A DNA stretch of 48,912 bases from a virus (lineage: Duplodnaviria > Caudoviricetes), in IMG/VR virus record IMGVR_UViG_3300043633_000063, positions 1 through 48,912 of that record; one strand, given 5' to 3'. The position numbers were made by a program, and so were the translations under genes. How positions within the stretch are numbered: position 1 is the first letter of the stretch; the number at the start of each line of letters is the position of its first letter. The notes under the pieces were generated by a model, which saw only the letters and a program-made list of their open reading frames with translations, ran no database searches and was not told the DNA's origin. Shown piece after piece: positions 36,118 to 44,599 of this stretch.

Positions 36118-38597
36118 TGGCACCGAAATCAGGACCTCGATCGGGCCTATTGCCCGTCGCCGGCGGGTTCTCACAGATGATCAGCGCGGGGTTCGAGCAG
36201 CCGAGGGATGCATCGACCGGCAAGCGCGGCCGGCGGCGACAGTTCCGTCTCAAGATCGCGATCGATGAGTCGTACGGGGCGCCGCAGGCGCGCCGGGTGC
36301 TCGCCGCCGCGCGCCTCGCGGACATCGTGGCGATGCGCGACGCCCTGGTCGCGGTCGGCCGCGGCGCGCAAGCCGAGTTTTTGATGCGCAAGGCGGGCGC
36401 GGTCGCGGGCGATGAGGAAAAATTCCAGTTTGCGATCGCCGCGGCCAACGTCGTGATGACTCGCCCGAAGGACAAGGCGAGCGAGGCCTCGACGCGCTTT
36501 GTCACGTGGGGCCAGCTCGCCCGGGCGTGGGGTTCACAGGAACTGGCGCGCCTGTATCCAAATGCCGGCTACGGAAAGAAGAGCGCCGAGGCGACCGACG
36601 AGCCGCGCATCGAGTATCTCTGCAAGTACATCGAGCACGTCCCGCTCGCGACCTTCAACGACGACGACTATTGGCGCGGCATGCGCCCGGCCCGCGAGCG
36701 CTGCAAGACGGACAGCACGTTCAAGGCCTATGCGCAGGTCGCGCGCCGCGTTCTGAAAATCGCGGTCGAGCTGCGCATCATCCCGGCCTGGCCGCTCTCG
36801 GCCGTGTGCAAGCTGCCGATCGTTGCCAAAGGCGAGGCGCCCGAGTTTCCGTTCCTGTACCCCGAGGAGTATTGCCGGCTGATGCGCTGCGAGCTCGTGC
36901 CGCTGCAGTATCGGGTGCTGTGGGGTTTCATCATCCGCGAGGGCCTGCGCCTGGGCGAGGCGTTCCGGATCCGGTGGGAGCATTTGGCGATGTTGCCCGC
37001 GCAGCACGGCATGCGGGCGCGATGGGTGCTCAACGTTCCCGAGACCAAAACCGGGCGCGCGCTGATGTTCGTGCTCAACGCGGGCAGCGGCGAGGTCCTC
37101 GACGCGTTCCGGCGCCTGCGGCCCGAGAGCGCGGGCCCGTTCGTTTGGCTCTCGGCAACGAACCTCAAAAAAGCCGCCGACACCCTGCGCCGGCACGTCG
37201 AGCAGTCGGGCACGACACGCGAGCGGCTCCTGTTCACCGAGGGCCGCCTGCGGCGCCTGCGCGAGCACGACCTCCGCAGCACGTTCGTTTCCGCGAGCAA
37301 GCTCGCCGGCGTGGATAACGAGACGATCGCCCAGCACACCGGGCACGAGAGCAACGTGATGATCGCGCGCTACAACCGGAGCAAGGCGACGATCGAGCAC
37401 TTGGGGCTCGCGCCGTACCTTCCGCTCGATCAGGCGATGGGACTCGACGTCGCCGGCGAGCTCGGCGCCGAGCTGCTCGTCGCCGAGGGTGTGAACGCCG
37501 GGCTCGGTCAGGGGCCAGCATCGAGCGTGCCGGGAGCTGACCTCCCCGGCGCGCACCTACTCGGCGCGGGCGAGACGAGCGGCGCACTCGATGAGACGAG
37601 CGGCGCGCGAGATGAGACGAGCGCGGCCGCCGGCGAGACATCCCCCCCGGTGTCTCGCCAGACAACGGCGGTCGCCGCGTCGCCCGGGGCAGCGCCGGCG
37701 GGGGCTCGTCGCCCTGCCGCACCGGCTGCCTCGGGCGATGCCCTATGCCCCGAGTGCGAGCGCCCGATGGCACGCGTTCGGTCGGAAAGTGGTCGGAACG
37801 GCTGGACGTGCCCGAGCTGCAACGCCGCGGGCGATGCCGAGGGCGACTGGCTGGAGCCCGTTACCCCGCCGTTAGCGCCGCCCGCTAGGCCAGCTCACGG
37901 CCAGCTCACGGCCAGCTCACGGCCAGGGCGCGCGCGCCGGCGAGGCGCCCGGGGGCAGCGCGCGGCCGCGGCAGCGGTGGCCTACGCGGGCGACGCGGGC
38001 GGCGATCTAGGCCACGCAAACGCGGCACCAAAATCGGCGACGCCGATGCCGGTGGCCTATGCGGGCGACCGCAGGCCACCGCTAGGCCACCCCCCCGAGC
38101 ACATCGAGGCGGCCGTGTCAGTCGGCAACCGGTCGGCAGCACCGCTGAACAGCTGCAACCCGTGTGACCCCGGGTGTGACCCTGGCCTCGGCGCGGAGGG
38201 GGCGTCGGTCGTGAGAAACGGGGAAACGAGCATGTTTTACGCTGCGGTGCGCGAGGGGAGGGTCGAACTCCCATACCGTGAGGTGCTGGAACCTAAATCC
38301 GAGCCTCAGCAACCGGAACGAACAAAACCCGGGGAAATCGAGGCCGAGCCTGCGCCGGAACGAGCCGGAAGCGACCGAGGGTCACACCCGGGTGTGACCC
38401 TCCTCGGCCAGCTCCAGGCCGCGCACCGCCAGGCGAGCGAGGAATTCAACTGGACGGCGGCCCGGTCCCTGGAGCCACTGATCGAGGCCGAGCGGGTTCG
38501 GCTATCGAACGAGGCGGCCGCGCGCCGGGCGCAGGCCGAGCCGGTCCGGCTCGAGGTCGTCCGGGCGCAGCGCGAGGACCGCGGGGGGCGGCGATGA
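36117..38597 (+). CDS. int: Tyrosine integrase with a long C-terminal extension that contains attP
   Basis: Catalytic residues GLRLGEA (R), ETKTG (K), EHDLRST (HxxR), TGHES (H), ARYNR (Y); the frame stays open about 400 aa further, through a Zn ribbon and the tRNA-derived core. Confidence 0.9.
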   Translation: MAPKSGPRSGLLPVAGGFSQMISAGFEQPRDASTGKRGRRRQFRLKIAIDESYGAPQARRVLAAARLADIVAMRDALVAVGRGAQAEFLMRKAGAVAGDEEKFQFAIAAANVVMTRPKDKASEASTRFVTWGQLARAWGSQELARLYPNAGYGKKSAEATDEPRIEYLCKYIEHVPLATFNDDDYWRGMRPARERCKTDSTFKAYAQVARRVLKIAVELRIIPAWPLSAVCKLPIVAKGEAPEFPFLYPEEYCRLMRCELVPLQYRVLWGFIIREGLRLGEAFRIRWEHLAMLPAQHGMRARWVLNVPETKTGRALMFVLNAGSGEVLDAFRRLRPESAGPFVWLSATNLKKAADTLRRHVEQSGTTRERLLFTEGRLRRLREHDLRSTFVSASKLAGVDNETIAQHTGHESNVMIARYNRSKATIEHLGLAPYLPLDQAMGLDVAGELGAELLVAEGVNAGLGQGPASSVPGADLPGAHLLGAGETSGALDETSGARDETSAAAGETSPPVSRQTTAVAASPGAAPAGARRPAAPAASGDALCPECERPMARVRSESGRNGWTCPSCNAAGDAEGDWLEPVTPPLAPPARPAHGQLTASSRPGRARRRGARGQRAAAAAVAYAGDAGGDLGHANAAPKSATPMPVAYAGDRRPPLGHPPEHIEAAVSVGNRSAAPLNSCNPCDPGCDPGLGAEGASVVRNGETSMFYAAVREGRVELPYREVLEPKSEPQQPERTKPGEIEAEPAPERAGSDRGSHPGVTLLGQLQAAHRQASEEFNWTAARSLEPLIEAERVRLSNEAAARRAQAEPVRLEVVRAQREDRGGRR
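37571..37657 (+). repeat. 21-bp-period GAGACGAGCG repeats followed by a GAGACA/TGTCTC inverted pair
   Basis: GAGACGAGCGGCGC twice, GAGACGAGCG, then GAGACATCCCCCCCGGTGTCTC. Confidence 0.75.
37888..37926 (+). repeat. Perfect 11-bp tandem repeat (GGCCAGCTCAC), 3.5 copies, inside int
   Basis: Read directly from the sequence. Confidence 0.9.
37975..38091. repeat. Two GTGGCCTA...TAGGCCAC inverted-repeat units
   Basis: CGGTGGCCTA(C/T)GCGGGCGAC...CTAGGCCAC at about 37975 and 38050. Confidence 0.75.
38162..38400. promoter_or_regulatory. Putative Int arm-type sites (GTGTGACCC) flanking the attP core
   Basis: GTGTGACCC twice at 38162-38182; perfect 22-bp palindrome GGGTCACACCCGGGTGTGACCC at 38379-38400. 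Confidence 0.65.
38246..38300 (-). other. attP core: 3' half of tRNA-Leu(UAG)
   Basis: Minus strand reads GGA-TTTAGGT-TCCAG (anticodon arm), long variable arm CACCTCACGGTAT, T-arm GGGAG-TTCGACC-CTCCC, acceptor strand CTCGCGC-ACC; no 5' half or D-arm is present. Confidence 0.9.
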
Positions 38598-38746
38598 AGC
38601 CTAAGCGCCGACCGAAGAAACCCCGCGGCTGTAGCGTGTGCGGCGGCACCTGCGATGTGTCTTGCGTGGACAATCTCGGGGTGCCCTACCGGGGGTGCGC
38701 CACCTATCGGCTGCGGTCGGAGCCACCGGAGAGGGGGCCGCGGTGA
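38594..38746 (+). CDS. Small basic Cys-rich protein
   Basis: ATGA overlap with the int stop; MKPKRRPKKPRGCSVCGGTC. Confidence 0.5.
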   Translation: MKPKRRPKKPRGCSVCGGTCDVSCVDNLGVPYRGCATYRLRSEPPERGPR

Positions 38747-38928
38747 GGGCCGCCGAGCTGCTCCTCGCCGCCTACCTCGGGGGGGCGGTCTGCTACGCGG
38801 GCGTGCTGCTCACGCCCACCCGTGCGGTCCGTCCCATGGCCGTCGCCTGGGCGTTCCTGCTCGCGCTCGTCTGGCCCGCGTCGATCGTCCTGGCGCATGA
38901 GGCCTCGGCCTCCAGGGGGCGACCGTGA
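38743..38928 (+). CDS. Small two-TM membrane protein
   Basis: Two hydrophobic segments; LALVWP. Confidence 0.55.
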   Translation: MRAAELLLAAYLGGAVCYAGVLLTPTRAVRPMAVAWAFLLALVWPASIVLAHEASASRGRP

Positions 38929-39317
38929 GCGCCGGCAAGGGGCAGCGCGAGCAGCCCGGGCCCGAGGGGTTCACTTGGCGCGGGATCGACTTCGCGCCGC
39001 CGGCGCCGGCGGCGGGCCCGGCGGGTTTCTACACGAGCGCGCCGATCGAGGTCGCGCCCGACCGCATTGCCGAGTGGAAAGTGCACCGCCCGAAAGGCAC
39101 GTGGCATGCCCGGCTCCGGATCGGCGGCGAGCGTTACCCAGGTGTCGGCGCGACCGCGGCCGCGGCCCTCGACGACGCTGCAGCGGAGGCCCGGAACGTC
39201 GCTACGTACATCGTGGCGATGCTGCCCGAGGCGCGCGAGCTCCGGGGGCGCAAGGCACCGCCGCGTCGGCGCGCGATCAAGGTGCGTCTCGCCGATGGCT
39301 GCTCGAGGCGCCGATGA
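38925..39317 (+). CDS. Hypothetical protein
   Basis: Coupled ORF; WHARLRIG...GVGATAAAALDDA. Confidence 0.65.
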   Translation: MSAGKGQREQPGPEGFTWRGIDFAPPAPAAGPAGFYTSAPIEVAPDRIAEWKVHRPKGTWHARLRIGGERYPGVGATAAAALDDAAAEARNVATYIVAMLPEARELRGRKAPPRRRAIKVRLADGCSRRR

Positions 39318-39520
39318 GTCGCAATCTCGTTCGGAGGTGGCGGCGCGTCGCGCGGCAGTGGGGCACCGTCGCGCAGGCCCGGCTCGAGCGTGAACTCATC
39401 ACGCTATCGCACGAGACCATTCGCGCCGAGGCCTACGCGCGCGTTTTCAACGAATGCGCCGACAGCCTGGAGCGCTCGCTCGTGATCGCAGCCGGCAAGC
39501 CACGCAAGGTACGCCGATGA
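39314..39520 (+). CDS. Hypothetical protein
   Basis: Coupled ORF; FNECADSLE. Confidence 0.6.
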   Translation: MSRNLVRRWRRVARQWGTVAQARLERELITLSHETIRAEAYARVFNECADSLERSLVIAAGKPRKVRR

Positions 39521-39921
39521 GCGAGCCGACCACGATCCCGCCCGAGCAGCTCGAGGGATTCGCGCGCGAGCTCGGGCTCACGCAAGCGATCCTCGTGGGC
39601 TGGCAACCGTGCGTCGCGACGCACGTAGTTACGTGGGGCGACTCGCTCACCGATAGCGCCCAGGCCGCGCAGGGTGGCAACGCGGTCAGGCGAGCCCTTG
39701 GTTTCCCCGAAACGCTATGCCGCGCGCTCAGTCCGCGAGTCACGGAGGCGATCGCGCACGCCGAGGAGCCGGCGCAGGTCGCGGTCCGTCGCGTGCTCGC
39801 CGCGGCCGAGCGGTGGCTCGCGAGCTGGCACGATGCCGAGTCGCGCCCGGATCCGGACCTGCTGCCCGAGGAGGCCTCGCTCTATGACGCGGTGACCGCG
39901 TGGCTCGAGGTGCCCCGGTGA
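39517..39921 (+). CDS. Hypothetical phage protein
   Basis: THVVTWGDSLTDSAQAAQGGN. Confidence 0.65.
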   Translation: MSEPTTIPPEQLEGFARELGLTQAILVGWQPCVATHVVTWGDSLTDSAQAAQGGNAVRRALGFPETLCRALSPRVTEAIAHAEEPAQVAVRRVLAAAERWLASWHDAESRPDPDLLPEEASLYDAVTAWLEVPR

Positions 39922-40388
39922 GCGGCAAGGTCACGCCGATCGGCGTCGCTCGTTTCGACAACGGGCAGCGCGTCTTTGTGCGGCAAGACTACGCGGGCCT
40001 GCCCGTCAACCAATGGGGCAAGGTCGTGCGCCTGCGCCGCGGCGACCACGGCGCTTGGGTTGCGCTCGACAAATGGCACGAGCGCTGCCCGTTCCCGATC
40101 ACTGATGCGCGCGGAACCCACATCCTGACCTATCCCGAGTGCTGCAGCTCGTTCGAGCCGCCGGCGCCGGCGGCGAGGGGCTGCCGCCGCTGCGGCGAGT
40201 GCGAGGGCCAGCCGCACCACTGGCTGACCTCGATGCCGGAGTGCCCCGAGGGCGGCGAGGCGTTCATTCCGTGCAAGCATTGCGACGCTCGCGCGAGAGT
40301 ATGCGACGAGTGTTGCGAGGGCCCGGTGTGGCCCGCCGACGCGAACAACCGACGGTGCGAGCTCTGCAACGCTCCCGGGGGCGTCTAA
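39918..40388 (+). CDS. SH3-like N-terminus plus multi-Cys zinc-finger protein
   Basis: GQRVFV...GKVVR...AWVALD; four CxxC pairs. Confidence 0.6.
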   Translation: MSGKVTPIGVARFDNGQRVFVRQDYAGLPVNQWGKVVRLRRGDHGAWVALDKWHERCPFPITDARGTHILTYPECCSSFEPPAPAARGCRRCGECEGQPHHWLTSMPECPEGGEAFIPCKHCDARARVCDECCEGPVWPADANNRRCELCNAPGGV

Positions 40389-40546
40389 TGAGCAAGGGCA
40401 GTAACCGCGGCGCCAAATTCGCGAGAGCCGTCGCCTTACGCGATGAGGGCGAACTCCAGTTGCAGGCGGGAACCCACAATCGGAAGGCCCGCCGCCTGCT
40501 CGCAAAGCAACGGCGCAAGGCTAAGCCCGCGGAGTCGGTCAAATGA
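40388..40546 (+). CDS. Small basic protein
   Basis: TAATG coupling; NRKARRLLAKQRRK. Confidence 0.5.
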   Translation: MSKGSNRGAKFARAVALRDEGELQLQAGTHNRKARRLLAKQRRKAKPAESVK

Positions 40547-40896
40547 TGCCGGGCATGCATGCGCGCGCGCAGGGCGTGAACGATGATGAGTTGCGGCAGC
40601 TGATGTTGAGCGTCGCCCTGAGCGTCGCGGTGCCACTCTGGATCGAGGTCGTCCGGCTCATGAGCGACGAGCAGCGCATCGAGGTCGCCGCGGAGTGCTC
40701 GGCCATCATCGCACTCGGCGAGAAGTATGACGAAAAGCGTGGGCGATACGGCTCGGGGCCAGCCCTGCTCGCTTGCGGGATGCCCGGAGAGACAGCGCCC
40801 GTGTTCAATTCGACGGCGCTGGGCTTGGCCGTGATGGCATTTGCTCCAGGCGGTGCGAACTACCTCGGGATCCATTGGGAGGCGAGGGACGAATGA
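40543..40896 (+). CDS. Hypothetical protein (paralog of the next gene)
   Basis: AVPLWI...VFNSTALGLAVMAFAPGG...GIHWE. Confidence 0.65.
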   Translation: MMPGMHARAQGVNDDELRQLMLSVALSVAVPLWIEVVRLMSDEQRIEVAAECSAIIALGEKYDEKRGRYGSGPALLACGMPGETAPVFNSTALGLAVMAFAPGGANYLGIHWEARDE

Positions 40897-41540
40897 GCGG
40901 AGGTGGGCGACGCGGCGAGATCCGGATTCGGAAAGCTCGCCCGGTGGAGAAACAGTCGGGCGGCGTGCACAACCGCGCGGCGCGCAGGGCCAGCAAGGTG
41001 CAGCAGCGCCGGCCGTTCGATCGCCCCGCGGAGTCAGCAGAGGCTTTCGCGCAGCGGCGCGAGCGTCGGCGGCGAGCAGAGCGGGAAGCCTACTGGGCAG
41101 TAAAGACGGCTGCCGACATTCTCGACATGAGCCTCGAGCGCAGCGAGAGCGAGTGCGCCGGGCTCGGCGGCGAGTGGTTCCTCGGGCTGTTTCTGACCGC
41201 GGTGCCGATGTGGGCGCATCGCCATTACCGCACGGACCCGAAGCAACGCGAGCGCCGCGCTCATGAGCTCGGGCAAGATGTGATTTCCGCATCACAAGGC
41301 GCCGCGGCTATCGCGGATCCGGATGCCCGCGGCACCGAGTGCAAAGGCGACGTCGCCGAGGTGTTCAATGCGATCGCCGAGGGTATGGCGATCGGCGCCT
41401 ACTGCCCGGGCGGGACACCGCCCTTTATGGGATTCGTTTGGGAGGTCGTGGGGAGCGAGCTGCGCGTCACGAACCGCGCTTTCTGCACGCGCTACCCGCT
41501 GGACGATGATGCTTTCTGGGCGGAGGCCGAGGCCGCGTGA
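40893..41540 (+). CDS. Hypothetical protein (paralog of the previous gene)
   Basis: AVPMWA...VFNAIAEGMAIGAYCPGG...GFVWE. Confidence 0.65.
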   Translation: MSGGGRRGEIRIRKARPVEKQSGGVHNRAARRASKVQQRRPFDRPAESAEAFAQRRERRRRAEREAYWAVKTAADILDMSLERSESECAGLGGEWFLGLFLTAVPMWAHRHYRTDPKQRERRAHELGQDVISASQGAAAIADPDARGTECKGDVAEVFNAIAEGMAIGAYCPGGTPPFMGFVWEVVGSELRVTNRAFCTRYPLDDDAFWAEAEAA

Positions 41541-42247
41541 ACATCGAGCCTTACATGCCGGCGATCTCGGATGCGGCACGCATCGTGAAGGCATCGCTTC
41601 CCGCCGGGCACGCCCTGGAGTTGGCCGACCTCGTGAACATCGGCGTCGAGCGCGTTTTGCGCTATGGCCCGACGAGCCGAGTGCTCGCTTTCGTCTGTGC
41701 AAAGCACGGCATGTGGCGCGAGGTGCAGCGCTGGCAAGCGGGTAGGCAGGCGCGCCGCCTGCGGCCTGCGTTCGTCGAGTATGAAAGCGAGTGGGACGAT
41801 TTCGTTTGGCGTCGCCGCACGGCGCTGGACGTCGAGCTGCTCATCGACCTGAAGCGAGCGCTCCTCGGTATGCAGCTCCGCGAGGCGGTCGCCTGGTATA
41901 GTCACCACTGGATCGGCGAGGAACTCGGCCACCTCGAGCAGGAATTCGGGGTGACCGAGGGTCGCATCCGACAGTACGCCGCGGCGGCACGGGACAAGCT
42001 CAAAGCCGCGTGGCGCGGCGCGGCGTTCGAAACGGAAGAGGACCGCGGCTCGCGCGAACGGGCGCGGGTAGCTGCGCGTGATGTGGCGCGCGCGAGGGCC
42101 AAGGCGAAAATGCTCGGCGAGCGACGGAGCCGGCGCGCGCAACTCCGCGCGATGGGAGCGACCGGCGCCGAGCTCATCAAAGGCTCCAGGTCACGCGCTC
42201 AGTTTTTGGCTGTGGCCCGCCGGCTCGCGAGCGAGGCAGGCGCCTGA
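41537..42247 (+). CDS. Sigma-70 family (FliA/ECF-like) RNA polymerase sigma factor
   Basis: Region-2-like LELADLVNIG...AKHGMWREVQR; region-4-like EFGVTEGRIRQYAAAARDKLK. Confidence 0.65.
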   Translation: MNIEPYMPAISDAARIVKASLPAGHALELADLVNIGVERVLRYGPTSRVLAFVCAKHGMWREVQRWQAGRQARRLRPAFVEYESEWDDFVWRRRTALDVELLIDLKRALLGMQLREAVAWYSHHWIGEELGHLEQEFGVTEGRIRQYAAAARDKLKAAWRGAAFETEEDRGSRERARVAARDVARARAKAKMLGERRSRRAQLRAMGATGAELIKGSRSRAQFLAVARRLASEAGA

Positions 42248-42567
42248 TGGGACAGCTCGCGGTGACTGACGGCGAGATCATCCGGCTCGCATGGGAGGCC
42301 GAGGATCGAGTGCGCGCCGGCGCCTCGTGCCTCGCGAGTCGCAAGCTGTCCGGCAAGGGCGAGCTCTATCTCACGCGGTTCACGCTGCGCGGGCGGCTCG
42401 TCTGGAGTCTGGTTGCGCGCCGGTGGCGAGCGTTCATGGGCGGATGGATCCGCGAGTGCGAGGACGTGTTTGACTACTCCGACGGCGATGCCGCGTGGCG
42501 CGCCGCGATCGGTTGGGATGGCAAGGGCGAGCCCGAGGGGTTCGCGCGGTATCGACGGCGCGCCTGA
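42247..42567 (+). CDS. Hypothetical protein, WDGxGEPEG family (paralog of 31248-31634)
   Basis: DVFDY...AAWRAAIGWDGKGEPEGF. Confidence 0.7.
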   Translation: MGQLAVTDGEIIRLAWEAEDRVRAGASCLASRKLSGKGELYLTRFTLRGRLVWSLVARRWRAFMGGWIRECEDVFDYSDGDAAWRAAIGWDGKGEPEGFARYRRRA

Positions 42568-42608
42568 TCAAGTTTGATCAAGGTCGCTCCGCCGCAAGGG
42601 AGCAAGCA

Positions 42609-42872
42609 ATGGCAGAAACAAGGATGTTTCTACGACGGCGCGCGGTGCTCGCGAGCGCCGTCGCGATTCCAGTCGCCGCGATCAGCGCGGTCGTGCTGCG
42701 CGACGACGACGACGACGATCCGCGCATGCCTTGTGAGGGCTGCCGCGAGTGGCACTTTCCCGAGCAGCTCACGCGTGGCGAGGCCGGTACATACTGGTGT
42801 GAGGGCTGCGTCGAGGACTCGCCGGCGTCGTTCGTGCCGTACGATTTCGTCGAGGAGGACGACGAGCCGTGA
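42609..42872 (+). CDS. Small zinc-finger protein with a hydrophobic N-terminus
   Basis: RRRAVLASAVAIPV; CEGC...WCEGC. Confidence 0.5.
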   Translation: MAETRMFLRRRAVLASAVAIPVAAISAVVLRDDDDDDPRMPCEGCREWHFPEQLTRGEAGTYWCEGCVEDSPASFVPYDFVEEDDEP

Positions 42873-43114
42873 AGCGCCGCACGGCGCGCGCGCGCCTCGG
42901 CGAGCTCGCCGACGGCGTCTACCTCGTGATTTACAACATGACCCCGAGGCAGCGACGCGCCGCGGCGCGCGCGCTCTCGGGCCTCACCGCAACGAACTGC
43001 AGTGCCAACCTCTATCGGCTGCGGCCCACGTTGCTTGGATTCATCGACGACGCGAGCAGCGCGCGCGAGCGCCGCGGGCGCGCGCGGGCCCTCGCCCTGG
43101 AGGCATCATCATGA
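42869..43114 (+). CDS. Hypothetical protein
   Basis: GTGA/ATGA coupling. Confidence 0.55.
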   Translation: MKRRTARARLGELADGVYLVIYNMTPRQRRAAARALSGLTATNCSANLYRLRPTLLGFIDDASSARERRGRARALALEASS

Positions 43115-43719
43115 GCAAGACAGAACCGATCCACGCTTTCCCGTTGTGCTGGCCCGAGGGGTGGCTGCGAACCAAAAACCGGGCGAGCAGCCCCTACAAG
43201 ATCAAAACCGACGCGGCGATCACCGAGCTGTTTAGCAGCGTCAAGCTGATGGGAGGGCGAGACATCATCGTCTCGAGCAACGTGCCCGTCCGGAGCGACG
43301 GCACGATGTATCGCGGCGACCACAGCGACAAGCGCATTGCCGACCCGGGTGTCGCGGTGTACTGGACGGCGCGCGACGCGAAAGGCAACCCCGTGCCGCG
43401 TGTCATACCGTGCGACCACTGGCACACGGTCCGCGAGAACGTGCGCGCGCTCGGGATGGCCGTCGACTACATGCGCGGTCTCAAGCGCTGCGGCGCCGGG
43501 GAAATCCAGGATCGCGCGTTCTCGGGGTTCGCCCGCCTGCCCGAGTCGACCGCGGATGATTGCTGGACGGTCCTCGGTGTCCAGCGCACCGCGACGCGAG
43601 AGCAGCTGACCGCGCGCCTGCGCGAGCTCACGCGCACCGAGCACCCGGACCACGGGGGCAGCACCGAACGATTCGCGCGGATCACGCGCGCCTATCACGC
43701 GGCATTGGCGGCCCTATGA
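43111..43719 (+). CDS. Phage J-domain (DnaJ-like) protein
   Basis: AFPLCWPEGW; VSSNVP; DPGVAVYW; C-terminal WTVLGV...EHPDHGGS...ITRAY with HPD motif. Confidence 0.9.
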   Translation: MSKTEPIHAFPLCWPEGWLRTKNRASSPYKIKTDAAITELFSSVKLMGGRDIIVSSNVPVRSDGTMYRGDHSDKRIADPGVAVYWTARDAKGNPVPRVIPCDHWHTVRENVRALGMAVDYMRGLKRCGAGEIQDRAFSGFARLPESTADDCWTVLGVQRTATREQLTARLRELTRTEHPDHGGSTERFARITRAYHAALAAL

Positions 43720-44123
43720 AACTCGTTTTCATCGCCGGCAAGCTGAACGGAAAGAACGCGTGGGAGGTCGCCTGCAACGTGCATGCGGCCGAGACCGCCG
43801 CGCTGCGCGTGGCCGAGCTCGGCGGGATGCCGGTCGTTCCGCACTCGCTCGGGCGCAGCATGCTTGGCACGCTGCCCGAGACCTTTTGGCGCGCGGGTTG
43901 CCTCGAGCTGCTCGCCCGGTGCGATGCGATCCTGCTGCTGCCCGGCTGGCTCGACTCGACGGGCTCGCGTGCCGAGTCGGATTTCGCAGAGCAGCGCGGG
44001 ATCATGCGCGTCGGCGTCGCGATGCTGGACAAACCCGATTTCGTGCGCTGGCTCAGCTATCCGCCCGAGCGCGGCGCGTCGATCAAGGCCGCGATCGAGG
44101 CCGATAAGGAGGCTCGCCGATGA
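43716..44123 (+). CDS. DUF4406/DUF1937-like nucleoside 2-deoxyribosyltransferase-fold protein
   Basis: VFIAGK...PVVPH...CDAILLLPGWLDSTGSRAE..FA. Confidence 0.8.
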   Translation: MKLVFIAGKLNGKNAWEVACNVHAAETAALRVAELGGMPVVPHSLGRSMLGTLPETFWRAGCLELLARCDAILLLPGWLDSTGSRAESDFAEQRGIMRVGVAMLDKPDFVRWLSYPPERGASIKAAIEADKEARR

Positions 44124-44599
44124 GGGAGCAGCAGCCCAAGGGACACGCCTGGCGCTCGATCCGCGTGCCGTCGGGCACCTGGAGCCCATTGGTAATCGCC
44201 CAGAGCATGTGGCCGGACGGGCGCATCAGCGTGATCTCGTCGCTGATCAATGCCGAGCTGCCGAGCGGCATCGGCATCGGGCCGCAATGGCATGTGTCCG
44301 TCTCGCGTTTCGGCAAGCGCCCCAAGCCCGCCGAGCTCGCCCGCGCGCAGCGCGCTTTCGGCATCGTCGGCTGGGAGGAGGACAACCACCATCCGGGCCA
44401 CGCGCGCCATTTCTTTCGCCCCGTCGATCCTGCCGAGCGCGTCGAGTGCGAGTGCAAGACGAGCGAGACGGTACACGTCGAGCCCGACGGCTACCGCTGG
44501 ACAAACCCCACCGATGAGCCGTGCCGCGGCTGCGAATATCAGGCGCAGCGCGGCAAGCCTTGCCCGATCCATGCCTCGGCAAGTGTGGGTGCGCCGTGA
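44120..44599 (+). CDS. Hypothetical protein (WHVSVS motif)
   Basis: QWHVSVSRFGKRP...WEEDNHHPGHARHFF. Confidence 0.65.
   Translation: MREQQPKGHAWRSIRVPSGTWSPLVIAQSMWPDGRISVISSLINAELPSGIGIGPQWHVSVSRFGKRPKPAELARAQRAFGIVGWEEDNHHPGHARHFFRPVDPAERVECECKTSETVHVEPDGYRWTNPTDEPCRGCEYQAQRGKPCPIHASASVGAP

Noticed and set aside
37571-38100. CRISPR or mini-array
   Set aside because: Repeats are short, irregular and in coding frame, with no unique 30-40-bp spacers and no cas genes
38246-38300. Functional phage tRNA-Leu gene
   Set aside because: Only the anticodon-to-3' half is present; there is no D-arm or 5' acceptor strand, so it is an att core
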